DNA from: Dipteris shenzhenensis
Taxonomy: Eukaryota
Length of the DNA stretch: 64,000 bases
Assembly (NCBI GenBank): GCA_047967505.1
Contig: CM106538.1
Direction: 5' to 3' (one strand)
Translations under genes and position numbers: made by a program
In this document: piece by piece, positions 60,856 to 64,000 of the stretch
How positions within the stretch are numbered: the first letter of the stretch is position 1
Layout: each line of letters begins with the position of its first letter
The notes under the pieces: model-generated
What the model saw: the letters and a program-made list of their open reading frames with translations, nothing else
The model's database searches: none
Told to the model about the DNA's origin: nothing

Positions 60856-61470
60856 AGCTAGACGTGATAATGCTTTGAAATCGGAATTGGGGGACTCCCT
60901 GAAGGATGGTACAGAGAGGAGGACTCTTTTAGTGATACTCTAGCACATGTCCAAGCGGCCATGCCTAATATTGATTGGATGGTGGACAAGGATGAGGACC
61001 TTGATGATGAAGATGAAGCTAGAGCAACATGTATCCCACACTCTAAAGGCCACGCTATTATTACACTTAACTCACGAGATCTACTTGTCAAGCTTCTCCG
61101 ACAATCCTACAAGTTAAAAGGGACCAAGATATGGATAACTTAGGAACTCACGCAAGCTAATTGAAGAATAAGGCAACTGAATTAGCCAAGGTCAAGGCTG
61201 CTAGGAAGGACGAAAAATGGACAGTATATCGTGAAGGCATAGCAATCATTAGAGAGTTTAAATCCAAATCGAAAGATTCTTAGTCTTAAACTAATGTATG
61301 GCTGATTGTTTTTTCAGACTGTTATGTAGGGACTCTAATTGGAGTTACTTTTTGGGACTCCTTGCGAGCTGCCATGTGCCCTCTCTAAGCAGATGTACTA
61401 GATGGTTTCTTGTTGTCCCATAGACCTATTGGTCTCCTGTGGACATTAATAGACTTTCTTTCTTTCTTTG
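60856..61470 (+). mobile_element. 5'-truncated ORF1-only retroposon copy
   Basis: RIGGLPEGW-like segment, LRQSYKLKGTKIWIT, ARKDEKWTVYREG..REFKSKSKDS; stem-loop 61415-61450; (TTTC)n tail. Confidence 0.85.
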
Positions 61471-61619
61471 TGAAATTTGAATCACGTGTGTGTGTATAAT
61501 CATCTCAAAATAATGAATCTTTGAAATTCTAAGTGGATAATCGTCTCAAAATAATGGCTATTTGGAATTCTAAGTTTATTTATTAATAAATTCAACTGGA
61601 AATTGCGCTTTCACATAAG

Positions 61620-62180
61620 CATGACTTTCACAGAGACAGATCGGTCCCACTTAAAGCAACTGCAGATTCTAGTTCTTGTTTGAATGATCCAGACCAAGCC
61701 ATCCGTCCCACATCATAATCCGCTAGCAAAGTTTTGGGTTGCCCCTTTACAGGTTGATGCAGTCCTCAAGGACTTCGGCACCACAACATTTGGATGGTGC
61801 AGATTGCCATGGCTGGCCTTGGCTTCATCAATTGCACTAGAACGAGAGGGGAACCAAACGAGCTGGTATGCTCGAACACACAGATGTTTGCAGGCTTGGG
61901 ACTACATATGGACAGACTGTTGCTGTCCAGTATAGCCTTGAGACTCTATCTCTTCCACTCACCTTCTCGAGATGAACCAGGCCATCAAAGAGGTTTTTAG
62001 GCAGCTCCACACATATACGACTTGGCTAGCATCTCCTGAGCTTTCGATAAAATTAGCTTCTTTAGAGTTCAGTGCTTGCGGATCCCAAAGGAGAGGTTTA
62101 CCAAACCAGTGGGCTATACTCAAATCCATCTCCCACATGCATTGAGGATCTCAATTGGGAAGTTTTGAGTGATGGATATT
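61620..62180 (+). pseudogene. RTEX-like ORF2 C-terminal fragment
   Basis: MIQTKPSVPHH..RLPWLALASS..SWYARTHR, homologous to 20200-20560. Confidence 0.75.
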
Positions 62181-62699
62181 GACTCAAATCAGTGATGCAT
62201 GTAGTGCAATTACTTTGATTATTCACACAATGAAATTCAAACTTGAAGAAGAAAGACAATCGAGATATTCGACAAAACACACCACAAGATACTTCTATTC
62301 ATCAACAGCAAGAGCGCATCCCTACTGGGCTTGTTGCTCACTACAATATTGCTAGCCACAAAGGCTCTTGTCACAAAGACTCTGCCACAAAGGCTTCCCA
62401 CACAACAACCACGAAAAACTGACCTGATCAATACTAATAGACCTCTACACACCGACTGTTGATTCCGCCTCTTCAGTACGTAACCTTGCTGACCCTGGAT
62501 ATGTCAAGAAGCCAAGAGGCAGACGTCCCTGCAGAAAACATGGAGAGCGAACGACTCTCATCACCCCCCTCGAGATCAGCGAAGTGGAGCCGACCGCCTT
62601 GGAGAGTACTAGAGCAAGGCAATCACCTTCTACGTAGGTGATTGCATGCAAGAGGTCCACGTGGACTCTCAAGCCCTAACTATTCTCTAACCTCATGAG

Positions 62700-64000
62700 G
62701 ATGAAACCCAATTATCAGCACAAGGCAAGGGCATGTACCTAGCTGGCAAGATCAGGTCAGAGCAGAACCACGGATGTTTGGCTGTCTTGAGCAGGTCGGA
62801 GATGGTGTCAGCAAATGCGCAGCATGTCTGGGCTGTACATGGGCCAGGAAGCACTGGAGACGGCAACACAAGGCCGGGACAGTCCAGGGCAGTAGGTCCC
62901 TACATGGCGGGGGTTTGTGGGCAGGTGTAGGGCCTGCAACAGGGCTCTGAAGATGGCACAATATGGAGCAGGGTGACTAGAATTGAGGTCGGACATGGAC
63001 AGGATGGTTGGAGCTGGCTGTAACCAGCCAATCAGGCCTGGTCATGGGCAGATCAAGGGCTGGGCTGTAGCATGGAAGTGTGGGCCAAGGTCCCTGGGCT
63101 GTTTTGTAGCAGTAAAGTTGGCGAGGGAGGGGCTGATTGGGTCGGCCATATCCCCCTCTCCTGGTTGATTTTTTGAGCAGGGCTTTAGCCCTATAAAAGG
63201 AGAGGCCTTGGGCCTCATTTTAGTATCACCTGGAGCAGCCTTCCAAGGAGCAGCAGATCAGCATCATTTGGGCCTCATCTAGGAGGAGAGAAGTGGCCTG
63301 AAGAGCTGCAGACTTGGCTTGAAGGAGGTGCCCACCTAGGCTGAGGTTCCAGACAGCAAGGTGAGAGTCTACATATGCTCAGTGGAGCACATGGGCTCAG
63401 AGATCTAGAGGTGACAGGCATTTACCAGACAACAAGGTATTGTATCTTGTCCAGTTTGTGGACAGACGGAAATGTAAAGTGTTGCTTCTATATTTGTCTC
63501 TGAGCACAATCTATTTGCTAGTCACATGAATGTTGTCAAGTACACACACTTGATGAAGCCTTGATTCCATAGTGATACACTTCCGCATGTGTGGTAACTA
63601 TCAGTCTTCCGCTGCGCGATACCCAATGTGTGAGAGAGATCGGAAACCTTGGCTATCATTGTGGGTATAATGATGGATGCGGTGCTGCCGCATATTCAAA
63701 TGGCAGACACTTCTTTCGAGGCCTAGGCGATGATATCTATGAGCTTGACAATGAGGCGAGAATGTTGGACCTCGAGACAGACTTGTTTAGCATGAGTATG
63801 GATGAAGGGGAATCGGTACATGAATACATCACCAAGATGAAGGGTGCGGGATCAATTGGTGGCAATTCGAACTCGACCAGGATGGCAAGGATGTTGCGGA
63901 ATGCTCCCTCGGAGCTACAATAGTTTTGTGATTACGATGACTGCAGGGTGTAGGGCGGCGCTGGTGACTTTCAAAGAGCTCGTTCCATTGCTGCGGCAGC
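62700..64000 (+). mobile_element. LTR related to the 12355-15239 element, followed by a copia-like gag fragment
   Basis: 63330-63626 is a diverged reverse complement of 14070-14400 (for example gtggacagacggaaat..gcttctatatttgt); ORF 63591..63923 contains NEARMLDLETDLFSMSMDEGESVHEYITKMK. Confidence 0.7.

Overview
Eukaryotic, land-plant-type genomic DNA; the TE content and long introns suggest a large-genome non-seed plant such as a fern, but this is inference only. Most of the window is nested retrotransposon sequence. One host gene is present: a + strand GPAT9 (glycerol-3-phosphate acyltransferase 9) homologue, with 8 exons found by hand between 27537 and 59045. It has introns of about 19.2 kb and 10.5 kb full of TEs and one probable U12-type intron; the 3' exons were not found in the window. 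TEs include: a Tat-type Ty3/gypsy element with no RT and a truncated 3' LTR; a TRIM/LARD-like LTR element with TSD; a near full-length RTEX-like LINE plus many fragments; three L1-clade LINEs (two with clear TSDs); Copia and gypsy remnants; and a hAT MITE. The best candidate for an undescribed system is a multi-copy, about 1.2-1.4 kb non-autonomous retroposon that encodes only an ORF1-like protein ('half-RTEX'). It has a conserved 5' hairpin and a co-varying 3' stem-loop plus microsatellite tail shared with the RTEX-like LINE, and it forms head-to-tail chains. Clade names come from recognising motifs, not from database searches. TE boundaries without TSDs are approximate.
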